From Candidatus Poribacteria bacterium (GTDB taxonomy: Bacteria > Poribacteria > WGA-4E > PCPOR2b), in contig OZ244587.1 in the NCBI GenBank assembly GCA_965218095.1, positions 5,408,001-5,472,000 on the forward strand: 64,000 bases of DNA, read 5' to 3'. A model generated the notes under the pieces. That model was given only the letters and a program-made list of their open reading frames with translations. It did not search any database and had not been told where the DNA came from. Position numbers and translations under genes: made by a program. Each line of letters opens with the position of its first letter. Positions within the stretch are counted from its first letter, which is position 1. Positions 19,644 to 29,875 of the stretch are shown in pieces.

Positions 19644-21629
19644 ATGTCCGAAACAACAGAACAATCTGATCTTGGCTCGACACAGGGGAGTGAAAAAGTG
19701 AGATTTGACGAAAAACTCATCAATCTGCTCAAAACCAATCCAGACTTTGTTGATGACACAGATGAATTGCTCCGCGACAGAATCAAACACTTCGCATGGC
19801 AGTTTGACCATGACCTGATCAACCTGTTACTCACTGATAAGGAGATAGAATCAAAGTTTTTTGAGGAGGTCAATGGACGTTGGATTTTCAACAATAATAC
19901 CTTTGTTGACTACATCAATGATAAGAACTTCCTTGACGATTCCTATACTCGATTTCGCAATAAGGTTGGCTTGAACATTGGCGATAAATTCCTCCGCGAA
20001 CGGGAGGAAGTAGCACTTGTTTTTCCTTATAAGGACTGCGTGCTGGAAGGAGGGCAGACGAAGGAGGAAGAAAAACGTCGCGAGATTTTTTTTAATGAAC
20101 TTCTGGCCCAAGACGAAATTAACCGGATGCTCGATCCGAAGGTGCTTACCAACTGGAAACGCCATACTGCTAACGGTGAGGAAGATGTGACCGACATCCG
20201 GCGGGCTGAGAACGGACTAATCCGTGAGAACCTTCTCATCAAGGGGAATAACCTCATTGCACTCCACTGTCTGAAACAGCTATTCCGGGGGCAGGTAAAA
20301 CTGATTTACATTGACCCTCCGTACAATACCGGAAGTGACAGTTTTGGATATAACGACAGCTTTAACCACTCCAGTTGGCTAACGTTTATGAAAAATCGGC
20401 TAGAAGTTGCAAGCCAATTATTAAGAGCTGATGGAGTTATTTTTGTTCAGTGCGACGATAATGAACAAGCGTATCTGAAAGTGTTAATGGATGAGCTTTT
20501 CGGTAATAAACATTTTGTCTCAAATTCTGCTGTCATAGTAAACAGAGGGGGCAGAGACTATGGGGGGATTGCGCGAACCCATGAATACCTGCTTATATAT
20601 TCAAAGGAACCCGGAACAGAACTCAATCAAATGGAAGAAAAAAATAAGAAGTTTGATTATGTAGATGAAATCGGTGGCTTTAACCTAATGGAGTTAAGAA
20701 ATCGCAATATCCGATTCAACGTCGAAAACCGGCCCAATTTGTGTTACCCATTTTATGTTAATCCGACTGATCCAGACGCAGCAGATTTATTGGAAGTATC
20801 CTTGGAACAAAAGGAGGGATTTGTTGAGGTGATGCCATTACAATCGCAAGGGGTGCAAACAGTTTGGAGGTGGGGCAAGGAAAAAGCACGCGCATACTTA
20901 AATACAGAAATCAAAGGAAAAGCGAAACGGGATGGAGGCTATATGATTGTCCAAAAACACAGAAAATCTACCAAACGGCAAAGAAGCATCTGGGATGAGA
21001 AGGAATTTATAAACGAGAGGGGAACTGAACACATAAAAGCACTATTCACTCAAAGGGTCTTTGACTACCCAAAGTCAGAACATCTGATTTCACGGATTAT
21101 CGAACTCGGCAGCGATGTAGGAGACATTGTGCTAGATTTCCACCTAGGCAGCGGCACAACTGCTGCTGCTGCGCATAAGATGGACAGGCAATACATCGGC
21201 ATTGAGCAAATGGATTACGTCGCAAACATTCCCGTTGAAAGGCAGAAAAAGGTGATTGCCGGCGAGCAGGGTGGCATTTCTGAATCTGTCAATTGGCAGG
21301 GTGGTGGTGACTTCATCCATTGCGAACTGATGCCATACAACGGGGCATTCACGGAACGGATCCTGTCAGCACAATCTACCAGAGAACTTTTGGACATCTG
21401 GCGTGAGATGTCCAGAGAATCTTTTCTGAACTGGTATGTCAAACCTGAGAGACCGGAAGGAGCGGAAGCCCACTTCATCGCCATCAACGATGTGGATAAA
21501 CAGAAAACCCTGTTGATGGGGTTGCTTGATAAGAACCAGCTCTATGTCCATCTTTCCGAAATAGACGATGTGGATTTGGGGATCAGCGAGGAAGACAAAG
21601 CACTTAATCGTGAGTTTTATTGTGAGTAA
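19644..21629 (+). CDS. mod: Type III R-M adenine methyltransferase (Mod)
   Basis: 'IYIDPPYNTG', 'DFHLGSGTT'. Confidence 0.9.
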   Translation: MSETTEQSDLGSTQGSEKVRFDEKLINLLKTNPDFVDDTDELLRDRIKHFAWQFDHDLINLLLTDKEIESKFFEEVNGRWIFNNNTFVDYINDKNFLDDSYTRFRNKVGLNIGDKFLREREEVALVFPYKDCVLEGGQTKEEEKRREIFFNELLAQDEINRMLDPKVLTNWKRHTANGEEDVTDIRRAENGLIRENLLIKGNNLIALHCLKQLFRGQVKLIYIDPPYNTGSDSFGYNDSFNHSSWLTFMKNRLEVASQLLRADGVIFVQCDDNEQAYLKVLMDELFGNKHFVSNSAVIVNRGGRDYGGIARTHEYLLIYSKEPGTELNQMEEKNKKFDYVDEIGGFNLMELRNRNIRFNVENRPNLCYPFYVNPTDPDAADLLEVSLEQKEGFVEVMPLQSQGVQTVWRWGKEKARAYLNTEIKGKAKRDGGYMIVQKHRKSTKRQRSIWDEKEFINERGTEHIKALFTQRVFDYPKSEHLISRIIELGSDVGDIVLDFHLGSGTTAAAAHKMDRQYIGIEQMDYVANIPVERQKKVIAGEQGGISESVNWQGGGDFIHCELMPYNGAFTERILSAQSTRELLDIWREMSRESFLNWYVKPERPEGAEAHFIAINDVDKQKTLLMGLLDKNQLYVHLSEIDDVDLGISEEDKALNREFYCE

Positions 21630-21655
21630 ACATCTATCAACTGCCGACTACTAAA

Positions 21656-22231
21656 ATGTTAGGGGAGAATGAGATGAACAAAATGTATTCATTTGAGGAC
21701 AACGTAGACTATGCCGACAAGAATCGAAATCATGAGCGTTGGAATCAAGCATATCGCTTCTTTTTTCCTGAAATGTCTCATATGGAAGAGATTCCTAAGA
21801 AGGATAAACGTCAGAGGGTCGGAATCGACTGGATAGTCTATCTGAAAGATGGAACGCAATATAACATAGATGAAAAGGTGGACTGGAAAGGATACCCTCG
21901 TTTTCCTATAGAAATCTGGCAAGCCTATAACAAACAGTATCTCGGTTGGGCATTGAAAGAAGGTCAGGAGACAGATTATATTGCCTATCTTGTTGATCCC
22001 GATCAAGACTATTATCTGATTCCTTATAAAGAGCTGAAAGATGTTTATCGTAGAAATGAGCAGCAGTGGTTACCCAATGCCAAATATCGTCAAAACGGTT
22101 TTGTCTATGGGAAAACGTGGAATAACACAGTAGATGGTGAACCGTGGAATACTCACAATGTTTGTGTGCCGTTTGATGTTCTAATGGATCATATTCCTGC
22201 TATACAGTTATGGAATCCGAACAAAAATTGA
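21656..22231 (+). CDS. Hypothetical PD-(D/E)XK-like nuclease
   Basis: 'GID...IDEKVD...IE...GW...DYIAY' pattern. Confidence 0.5.
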   Translation: MLGENEMNKMYSFEDNVDYADKNRNHERWNQAYRFFFPEMSHMEEIPKKDKRQRVGIDWIVYLKDGTQYNIDEKVDWKGYPRFPIEIWQAYNKQYLGWALKEGQETDYIAYLVDPDQDYYLIPYKELKDVYRRNEQQWLPNAKYRQNGFVYGKTWNNTVDGEPWNTHNVCVPFDVLMDHIPAIQLWNPNKN

Positions 22232-24906
22232 ATAAAATTTACAAGGAGACGCTGATGCGGGATCTATTTAACCATCAACGACCATTTCTTTATCAAGACT
22301 TTGATGATAGTCCGCTTTTTTTTAGAACTTCGGATGTAGAGATCCCTGAGAGTATTACGCGGAATCTGAATCCCACATTTGAGATTCGTGAGTATCAAGA
22401 GGAAGCGTTTGCGAGATTCATTCACTGTTTCAATGAAGATTTCACAGGCAAGGAGAAGCCGTTACATCTGCTGTTTAACATGGCGACTGGCAGCGGTAAA
22501 ACGTTTATCATGGCGGGGCTGATACTCTATCTTTACGAGAGGGGGTATCGGGATTTTCTTTTTTTCGTCAACTCTACCAACATCATTAAAAAGACGGAGG
22601 ACAACTTCCTGAATCCGCTCGCCTCAAAATATCTCTTTAACAGGGAGATCCATATTGGAGGGAGGCGAATCAGATTGACGGAGGTTGAGAGTTTTGAAGG
22701 AGTCAACCATAACGACATCAACATCTGTTTTACCACGATTCAGCAGCTTCATTTGGACATGACGACGGATAGGGAGAATGCGCTCACTCTGGAGGATTTC
22801 GCGGACAAGAAGATCGTCCTCTTATCTGACGAAGCGCATCACATGAATACCAGCACTCAACGGGAACTCTTTGAAAGTTGGGAAAAAACGGTGGAGCGTA
22901 TATTCAAGTCCAACGCAGACAATCTACTATTGGAGTTCACCGCCACACACGACTACGAAAATAGTGCGATGGTCGAGAAGTATCGGAACAAAGTTGTCTA
23001 CCGTTACGATCTGAAAGACTTCCGTAATCATAGGTACTCAAAGGATATTGAGCTCGTGAGGTCGGATTTTGGTCAGGAGGATCGGATGTTACAGGCAATC
23101 ATCCTGAATCACTATAAGCAGCATGTTGCGGCGGAATATGGGATTCAACTGAAACCGGTGATACTGTTCAAGGCGCAGAAGACAATCGCTCAATCACGAG
23201 AGAACAAGGCAGATTTCCACAAGCTGATTGATGAACTTACTGGAAGCCAGATTGACAGGATTAGGGCGTCGGAGGTTGAGGTGGTGCAGCGAGCGTTCCG
23301 CTTTTTTGATGAGAACTGCATCACTTCAGGACAGTTGGCGCAACGTCTGAAATCGGATTTTCAGGAGAGATATTGTCTCTCTGACAACAGCAAGGAGGAG
23401 AAGGAAACCAATCAGATTCTCGTTAATACTCTTGAGGACAGAGACAACCCGATCCGTGCAATCTTTGCGGTGGAGAAACTCAATGAGGGGTGGGATGTCC
23501 TTAATCTCTTTGACATTGTTCGTTGTTATGAAACTCGTGATTCAAGAAACAACAGACCGGGCAAAACGACGATTCGTGAGGCACAGCTTATCGGGCGCGG
23601 GGCACGGTATTTTCCCTTTGTCCTGCCTGAAAGCGATGACGGTCCCAACCGCTCTATAGGCGATGACAAGTTTCGCAGGAAATTCGACAGAGATCTTGAT
23701 CATGACCTCCGTGTGCTGGAAGAACTTCACTATCATAGCATCAACGATTCGAGATACATTACTGAAATCCGCAGTGCACTGGTTAAGCAAGGTATCATCG
23801 ACGAAACGGTAGTGCCTCGAAAACTGAAATTGAAAGATTCATTCACGGAAACGGATCTCTACCAATACGGAGTTGTCTGGTTGAATGAACGTGAACCGAG
23901 AGACTATCAAGATGTCATATCTTTTGCGGATTTGGCAAATCTGAGTGTGAGAGAGCAAAATCATGAACATACTATTCACGGGGCGACCGGGGGCATGACG
24001 ACCGTAATGGAGGATAGGGAAGCTGAGGGCAGGCAGGAGATAGGCAGGCATCCCATACGACTGGTTGAGATTGAACGGAATATCGTTCAATCTGCGATTG
24101 CGCGAAATCCGTTTTTCAAGTTTTCATCACTCAAGCGATATTTTCCTCAGTTGAGAACGATGGACGAGTTTCGGACCTCGGAAAACTACCTCGGTGGGCT
24201 GGCAATCACCTTCAGAGGGGATTTGTCGCAGTTGGAGGAGAACCCTTTGGAAAAGCTCAGGGCGTGTTGTGATTTGTTAGAGCAAGTCGAATCCGAACTG
24301 CGTGAACGAATTACCGATTATAAAGGCACAACCGACTTTCGCAGGAAACAGATTAACGCTATTTTCACTGATAAAACGCTGAACCTCAATGTTGGCAGCT
24401 CTCGCGTTGATGAGGGGTTCGACGAGCGTTTCATAAAAATAAAAGATTGGTTTGCCTTCGATGCGCTCTATGGAACGAGTGAGGAGCGGGAGTTGGTGAA
24501 ACTGCTAGACCGATGGATAAGAAATTCGGGGGAAATCTATGAGGGGATCTATCTGCTCCGTAACGAGAGACATTTTGCGCTCTATAACTTCTCTGACGGA
24601 CGAGCGTTTGAACCCGACTTTGTGCTGTTCTTAGACGCAAAACAGAAGGATGCGCTGACCTACCAACTTTTCATTGAACCGAAAGGTAAGCATCTTCAAC
24701 CCAAAGATCGCTGGAAAGAAAGTTTTTTGAAAGAGATCGATGTTGAGCGGATCGGTGGTGATTACCACAGAAGGCTCATGATAGAGAATAGAAAATACCG
24801 CATCATTGGCATCCCCTTCTTTGACTCGAATCATAAAGCTGAATTCATAGACACCCTCAATACGACGTTGGAAAATGCCTGCAATCGAAGCGCATTGTCC
24901 ATGTGA
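22210..24906 (+). CDS. res: Type III restriction endonuclease subunit (Res)
   Basis: 'MATGSGKT', 'DEAHH', 'EGWDV', 'QLIGRGAR', 'FEPDF..FIEPKG'. Confidence 0.9.
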   Translation: MESEQKLNKIYKETLMRDLFNHQRPFLYQDFDDSPLFFRTSDVEIPESITRNLNPTFEIREYQEEAFARFIHCFNEDFTGKEKPLHLLFNMATGSGKTFIMAGLILYLYERGYRDFLFFVNSTNIIKKTEDNFLNPLASKYLFNREIHIGGRRIRLTEVESFEGVNHNDINICFTTIQQLHLDMTTDRENALTLEDFADKKIVLLSDEAHHMNTSTQRELFESWEKTVERIFKSNADNLLLEFTATHDYENSAMVEKYRNKVVYRYDLKDFRNHRYSKDIELVRSDFGQEDRMLQAIILNHYKQHVAAEYGIQLKPVILFKAQKTIAQSRENKADFHKLIDELTGSQIDRIRASEVEVVQRAFRFFDENCITSGQLAQRLKSDFQERYCLSDNSKEEKETNQILVNTLEDRDNPIRAIFAVEKLNEGWDVLNLFDIVRCYETRDSRNNRPGKTTIREAQLIGRGARYFPFVLPESDDGPNRSIGDDKFRRKFDRDLDHDLRVLEELHYHSINDSRYITEIRSALVKQGIIDETVVPRKLKLKDSFTETDLYQYGVVWLNEREPRDYQDVISFADLANLSVREQNHEHTIHGATGGMTTVMEDREAEGRQEIGRHPIRLVEIERNIVQSAIARNPFFKFSSLKRYFPQLRTMDEFRTSENYLGGLAITFRGDLSQLEENPLEKLRACCDLLEQVESELRERITDYKGTTDFRRKQINAIFTDKTLNLNVGSSRVDEGFDERFIKIKDWFAFDALYGTSEERELVKLLDRWIRNSGEIYEGIYLLRNERHFALYNFSDGRAFEPDFVLFLDAKQKDALTYQLFIEPKGKHLQPKDRWKESFLKEIDVERIGGDYHRRLMIENRKYRIIGIPFFDSNHKAEFIDTLNTTLENACNRSALSM

Positions 24907-25016
24907 GCGTGGAATCGACGCTGATTATTGAAGCACTGTCGTCTCCGTTGCCTGATAGCCCACAGGCGTAAAACTCCATAACGGTATTGAAAATCAGATC
25001 ACTAAACATAACGCAA

Positions 25017-25044
25017 ACATCCGATAATTATTCTTATCGGACAT
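25017..25044. other. Second candidate recombinase core site
   Basis: ACATCCGATAA-TTATTC-TTATCGGACAT. Confidence 0.45.
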
Positions 25045-25164
25045 CTTTGCCCGCCTTAACTTTCTTACCTCCGCCTCAATCCCCTCCAAAAAAGAGTTGC
25101 AATCTTCATGGTAAATCTGCCATAATATGGCAAGTCTACCATGAAGTGAGAGGAAGATATAATT

Positions 25165-25515
25165 TTGAACGAAGCGATGAAAGATGTAACTTGGATTGGG
25201 GATTCTCGCGAGCAAGTCCGACGTTTTCCTAAAGCCGTAAGACGGGCAGTCGGTGAAGCGTTACGTTTTGCCCAGCGCGGTGCGAAACACCCTAAAGCAA
25301 AACCGATGCGGGGCATTGGATTTGGCGTGTGGGAAATTGTCGCACGTTACGATACAGACACATATCGTGCTGTTTACACTGTCAAAATTGGCGAGAAAAT
25401 CTATGTGCTCCATGCGTTTCAAAAGAAATCGACTCGCGGCATCAGAACCCCAAAACAGGAAATTGATTTGATAAAACAGCGACTCACCATCGCGCAACAA
25501 CTGGAGGAAAAATAA
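25165..25515 (+). CDS. RelE/HigB-like (Gp49/DUF891) toxin
   Basis: 'YRAVYTV', 'YVLHAFQKKS'. Confidence 0.85.
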   Translation: MNEAMKDVTWIGDSREQVRRFPKAVRRAVGEALRFAQRGAKHPKAKPMRGIGFGVWEIVARYDTDTYRAVYTVKIGEKIYVLHAFQKKSTRGIRTPKQEIDLIKQRLTIAQQLEEK

Positions 25516-25844
25516 TGAATGAAGATGTTAAAGTCGAGCAGAGCTCCGGGAATGTGTTTAAGGATTTGGGATTTGCTGATGCCGAAGCCGAGCGAGCGTT
25601 GTTGAAGGTAGATTTAGCTCTTGAGATCTACAACATCATTGAAGCGCAAAAACTCACACAGGCAAAAGCAGGGAAAATTCTCGGTGTTGACCCCTCCGAC
25701 ATTTCAAGACTGAAGGCTGGTGATTTTAACCGCTTTAGCGTAGAGCGACTGTTTACACTTCTCAATCGTTTTAACCGTAACATTGAGATTCGGATTACAC
25801 CGGCAGAAGATAGAGGGGGACATCAGCGGGTCGTTGCGGTTTAG
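25515..25844 (+). CDS. XRE/HigA-like antitoxin (HTH_37-like)
   Basis: 'SSGNVFKDLGF', 'LTQAKAGKILG', 'FSVERL'; coupled to toxin stop. Confidence 0.85.
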   Translation: MNEDVKVEQSSGNVFKDLGFADAEAERALLKVDLALEIYNIIEAQKLTQAKAGKILGVDPSDISRLKAGDFNRFSVERLFTLLNRFNRNIEIRITPAEDRGGHQRVVAV

Positions 25845-25864
25845 GGTCGTTTATCACACACACA

Positions 25865-26212
25865 TTGAAGGACATTAAGGAGATAGTTAAATATGGGAAT
25901 TTACATGGCTTAGAGCCTGAGCAACTCGCTCGGATTGGTATGTTTTATCTTGAGGAGGCAGTATTAGAAACTTTGCATGAGGCAAGGCATAGCGAGGATG
26001 AGGAGGAGCAGTGGCTTCAGCCCGCAGATATTAGTAAGAGGTTAGGTATTCGTGCTGCTGAGTATATTCGTGCTCCTGATTATCCAGCTATTATGGCTGC
26101 TTTGGATAAACTACTGGGGACGTGGTGTGTTGAGCAGAAACATCCAAATGAAAGCGGTGCCCCTTATCGACTCACGGAGAAGGAGTTTGAACGTCGCTGT
26201 GATGATTTATAA
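25865..26212 (+). CDS. Hypothetical protein, possible wHTH
   Basis: ORF track; 'PADISKRLGI'. Confidence 0.45.
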   Translation: MKDIKEIVKYGNLHGLEPEQLARIGMFYLEEAVLETLHEARHSEDEEEQWLQPADISKRLGIRAAEYIRAPDYPAIMAALDKLLGTWCVEQKHPNESGAPYRLTEKEFERRCDDL

Positions 26213-26295
26213 AAACCACAAGGCGGGCATACGTCCCCATGCCCCCTTTGTGGCAAAACGTCAAGAGATGGGGATTTGAAAGGAGATTTTTTATT

Positions 26296-26547
26296 ATGGC
26301 AACATCAGTGTTTGCAGGTTATTTGATAAAGGGGATAGATGAGACAAGATGTCCAAAAGAGTATAAATTGAGTAAAGGGGAAGAAGGCAATTCCTATACT
26401 GTATATCTCCGTCTTGAACCTATTGAAACGAATAGTGATGTATATGACGTGCCTCCTGGCATTGATTCAGAGCTTCGGACATTCTGGGGCGAACTTCTCA
26501 AAGAACGTGTCCTCAAAGTGATTAGAGAAAATAAGAATTCTCTATGA
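26296..26547 (+). CDS. Hypothetical protein
   Basis: ATG after AAGGAG RBS within ORF 26239..26547. Confidence 0.4.
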   Translation: MATSVFAGYLIKGIDETRCPKEYKLSKGEEGNSYTVYLRLEPIETNSDVYDVPPGIDSELRTFWGELLKERVLKVIRENKNSL

Positions 26548-26779
26548 TCAGATGTCAAGTATTGCGAGAGAGAAGATGGTCCGATGCTTGCAGTTCACGG
26601 GACCACTCTTGAAAAAATACGAGCAGACCAAGTAGAGGCAGGGAGAAATAGATGGGGTAGCGTTTTAGAACTTCTTGTGTATTATCCTAATAATGGAATG
26701 CGGGAGGAACTCAATAGAAGGCATGTATTCAGAGAAAATGCAGTGGCAATTAAATTTCAGAAAGATCGTCAAACCTAAA

Positions 26780-27121
26780 CACTTAGAAATTATTCGTTGG
26801 GGAGATAATCCTGAATGTCCTTATTGCGAAAGCGGCCATGTTGCGCCAAAGCAAGTATATGGTAAAGTAGGGCGTTGGAATTGTCATAGTTGTAAATCCA
26901 GTTTCAATGTTTTGCAAGGAACACTATTTCAGGGAACGAAGATTCCGCTTCAGAAGTGGTTTATCGCTATTTTTTTGATGGGCGATGCGAAGAAATCATT
27001 GTCCAGTTGCCAACTTGCCCGACACTTAGACGGGAAATTCGCCTGTAAATTTCTCAAGAAGCAGATAGTTAGTGCATTGATTCATCAGTTATACGTACTG
27101 TCAAATGTCAATACGCCCTAG
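26780..27121 (+). pseudogene. IS1595-family transposase N-terminal fragment
   Basis: 'RWGDNPECPYC...WNCHSCKSSFNV..GTLF.GTKIPLQKWF..SSCQLAR'. Confidence 0.8.
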
Positions 27122-27177
27122 CAACTTGGGTTATTTTAAGAAACCGTTTCAAAAGAAGATTAAAGGAGGGAATTGAA

Positions 27178-27435
27178 ATGAATTTAACTGTTGAACTAAC
27201 AACTGATCAAGTTGTTGGTTTTGTCCAACAGATGCCAGCGGAAGAAAGACAGTCACTACTGCTCGCAATTGCAGAGCAGGCAGCAGCCAATCGAGAGGCG
27301 CGTATAGACCGTGCTGAAGCACAGTTGCGGCAATTATGTACGGATCGGGGGTTGGATTGGGATGCCATGACCGAAGCGGAGCGCGAAAATTTTGTTGATG
27401 ACCTCATCCACGAGGATCGTGAATGCAACCAATAG
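27178..27435 (+). CDS. Putative antitoxin
   Basis: Small acidic ORF overlapping the PIN toxin gene. Confidence 0.6.
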   Translation: MNLTVELTTDQVVGFVQQMPAEERQSLLLAIAEQAAANREARIDRAEAQLRQLCTDRGLDWDAMTEAERENFVDDLIHEDRECNQ

Positions 27436-27830
27436 CCGTTTGCGATACAAACATTCTGTTGTCAGGTATCGGTTGGAGAGGTAGTCCTTATCGTTGTCTT
27501 GAACTGGCATGGCAGGGTAGCGTTGAAGGGTTGACCTGTTCTGAAATACTGGACGAATTGGCAGAGAAATTAACGACTAAACTCAACTTTTCGCTGTCTG
27601 AAACTACCGATGTAATCGCAGATCTCCTTGGTTTCTTGCAGATGGTCAAGATTACCAACACGCTCAAAGCCATCCCCGCCGATTCGGAGGACGACAAAGT
27701 CATTGAATGTGCCGTTGTGGGGGAGGCAACCCATGTTGTGACCGGTGATCGCCGTCATCTGTTGCCACTTGGCAGCTATCAAGGTGTCCTTATTGTCACA
27801 GCGGCAGACTTTCTTGCACAGTTTTCATGA
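27423..27830 (+). CDS. PIN-domain toxin
   Basis: 'DTNIL', 'DSEDDKVIECAV', 'VTGDRRHLL'. Confidence 0.85.
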   Translation: MQPIAVCDTNILLSGIGWRGSPYRCLELAWQGSVEGLTCSEILDELAEKLTTKLNFSLSETTDVIADLLGFLQMVKITNTLKAIPADSEDDKVIECAVVGEATHVVTGDRRHLLPLGSYQGVLIVTAADFLAQFS

Positions 27831-27865
27831 AATGAAAAAGATCTACTGAAGATAAAAGTTGAGAA

Positions 27866-28706
27866 CTAGGTTCTGTTGACATTTGAGCATAAGGTTGTGG
27901 CATAATAGAAGAATGACGCCAATAACCTTACCTGATGAACAATGGAATAAGATATACCGGTTTCTTCTAAGCTGTCCCACCATCTATGTTGGCGACGAAG
28001 CTGCTACACGCCGCTTCGTCGAAGCTGTCCTGTGGGTGACTCGTAGCGGCGCTCAATGGAGACTTCTACCAGACCCTATGGCAAATGGAACACCCGCTAC
28101 AAGCGGTTTGCACGGTGGTGCGACAAAGGTATCTTCACACAGATGCACCACCACTTTGCCTCTGACCCCGATATCGAGTCGCTTATTGTGGACAGTACCA
28201 TCTGCCGCGCTCACCCATCTGCGGCGGGCGCCTTAAAAAAAAGGGTGGCACTGAAAACCAAGCATTAGGTCGGTCTCGGGGCGGTTTCAGTACAAAAAAT
28301 CACATCACCGTTGACGGACTAGGCAATCCCCTAAGAATTCATCTGACCCCCGGTCAGAGACATGACATAACTGAGGCGGAAGGGTTGATAATCGGATATA
28401 ACAGTGAATATGTGATTGGAGACAAGGGGTACGATTCGGACGCTTTTATCGCGGTTATTGAGGCGAATGGAGCGATTGCGGTGATACCGCCAAAAAGTCA
28501 TCGTGTTGACCAAAGAACGTATGACAAACGCTTATACAAAGAGAGGCATCTACAAAGAGAGACATCGGGTTGAATGTTTCATCAACAAGATAAAATGGTA
28601 TCGTCGTATCTTCTCTTGGTTTGAGAAGCTAGCTGTCCGTTATTTTGGATTTCTCAGCTTTGTCGCCACTCTTATATGGCTCCCTTGAAATGTCAACAGA
28701 ACCTAG
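27866..28706 (+). mobile_element. IS5-family element copy 2, transposase pseudogene
   Basis: Same TIRs and CTAG ends as copy 1; frameshifts including a 16-bp tandem duplication at 28535-28566. Confidence 0.9.
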
Positions 28707-28885
28707 TACGTACAGTTTACTTTTCCCGCATGGTAGCCTATAAGATTATTGACAACTGTTTAGACCGTGACACGTTGATGCTTTTTACAAAAGACAAAGT
28801 CACCTTTTTCGCTATACTTTCTTTCAGAATTGTGCTAAACTTTTGTTATCTTTCAGGCATGTTCAAACGATTTTAGGAGGCAAAC

Positions 28886-29779
28886 ATGGCAAACTTAGAT
28901 TACAAAATCGGTGTTGTGGGTGTGGGCAGGATGGGAGCAAACATCGCACGCCACTTAAATGATGAAGGATTTCCGGTCGTCGTTGTCTATGACGCTGACG
29001 CAGACCGCGCGAAGTCTCTCGGCGAAGAGATTGGCGCGGAAGCAACGAATCGGCTTGCACGAGTGACGGAGCTCGCGGAGTATATCATCACCGTCGTTAC
29101 CGACGACAACGCGATGCGGCAGATCTTCTTGGAAGATGCCGAAGACAGCCTGCTCAAAGGCGCAAGTGGAACGCTGTTTATCAATTGCGCGACAATCTCG
29201 CCGCAGGTTCATGTGGATGTCGAAAAGCTGGCGGAGAGGCACGGCGCATCGAGTCTTGAGGGCTGTATGGCAAGTAGTATCACCCAAGCCCGCGAAGGTA
29301 CGCTGTATCTGATGTGTGGTGGGAAAGAGGAGGCGTTCAACCGCGCAAAACCGATCCTCGATTCAATGAGCATCTCTCTCCGTTACATCGGTGAGGCAGG
29401 ACGGGCTGCCCAGGTCAAAGCCCTTGTGAATATGGTCATGAATATCAACACCGCGGGCCTGGCAGAAGGACTAGGGCTTGGAGCTGCGCTTGGTTTGGAT
29501 TTGACAATACTGCAAGAGGTCTTCGCCCAGACCGGGGCAAACTCCCGTGTCCTAGAAACAGATGGCGAAGATATGCAGAATCGCGACCACGAGTGCTACT
29601 TCTCTTCGGCGCACGCATCGAAGGACTCGGGAATTGCGCTTGACCTTGCTAAAGCCGCCGGATTGAACCTGCCGCTCGCCGAGGCGACCAAAAAGCAGTA
29701 TGACAAAATGATCGAGCTTGGCAAAGGGGAATTGGATAAATCTGGCGTTGCTGAACTCACTTTCCCCGGTAGAGGGTAA
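28886..29779 (+). CDS. NAD(P)-dependent oxidoreductase, 3-hydroxyisobutyrate/6-phosphogluconate dehydrogenase family
   Basis: 'GVGRMG', 'KALVN'. Confidence 0.85.
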   Translation: MANLDYKIGVVGVGRMGANIARHLNDEGFPVVVVYDADADRAKSLGEEIGAEATNRLARVTELAEYIITVVTDDNAMRQIFLEDAEDSLLKGASGTLFINCATISPQVHVDVEKLAERHGASSLEGCMASSITQAREGTLYLMCGGKEEAFNRAKPILDSMSISLRYIGEAGRAAQVKALVNMVMNINTAGLAEGLGLGAALGLDLTILQEVFAQTGANSRVLETDGEDMQNRDHECYFSSAHASKDSGIALDLAKAAGLNLPLAEATKKQYDKMIELGKGELDKSGVAELTFPGRG

Positions 29780-29807
29780 CCCGAGTTGCTACCTTGATAA
29801 GTGTGAA

Positions 29808-29834
29808 AGGGCAGGCACAAGGCCTGCCCCTACG
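29808..29834. repeat. REP-like hairpin between convergent genes
   Basis: GGGCAGGCACAAGGCCTGCCCCTAC. Confidence 0.65.
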
Positions 29835-29875
29835 GTTGCTAGGGTAAAAACTAGTTCGATGTTAGCCGCACGACT

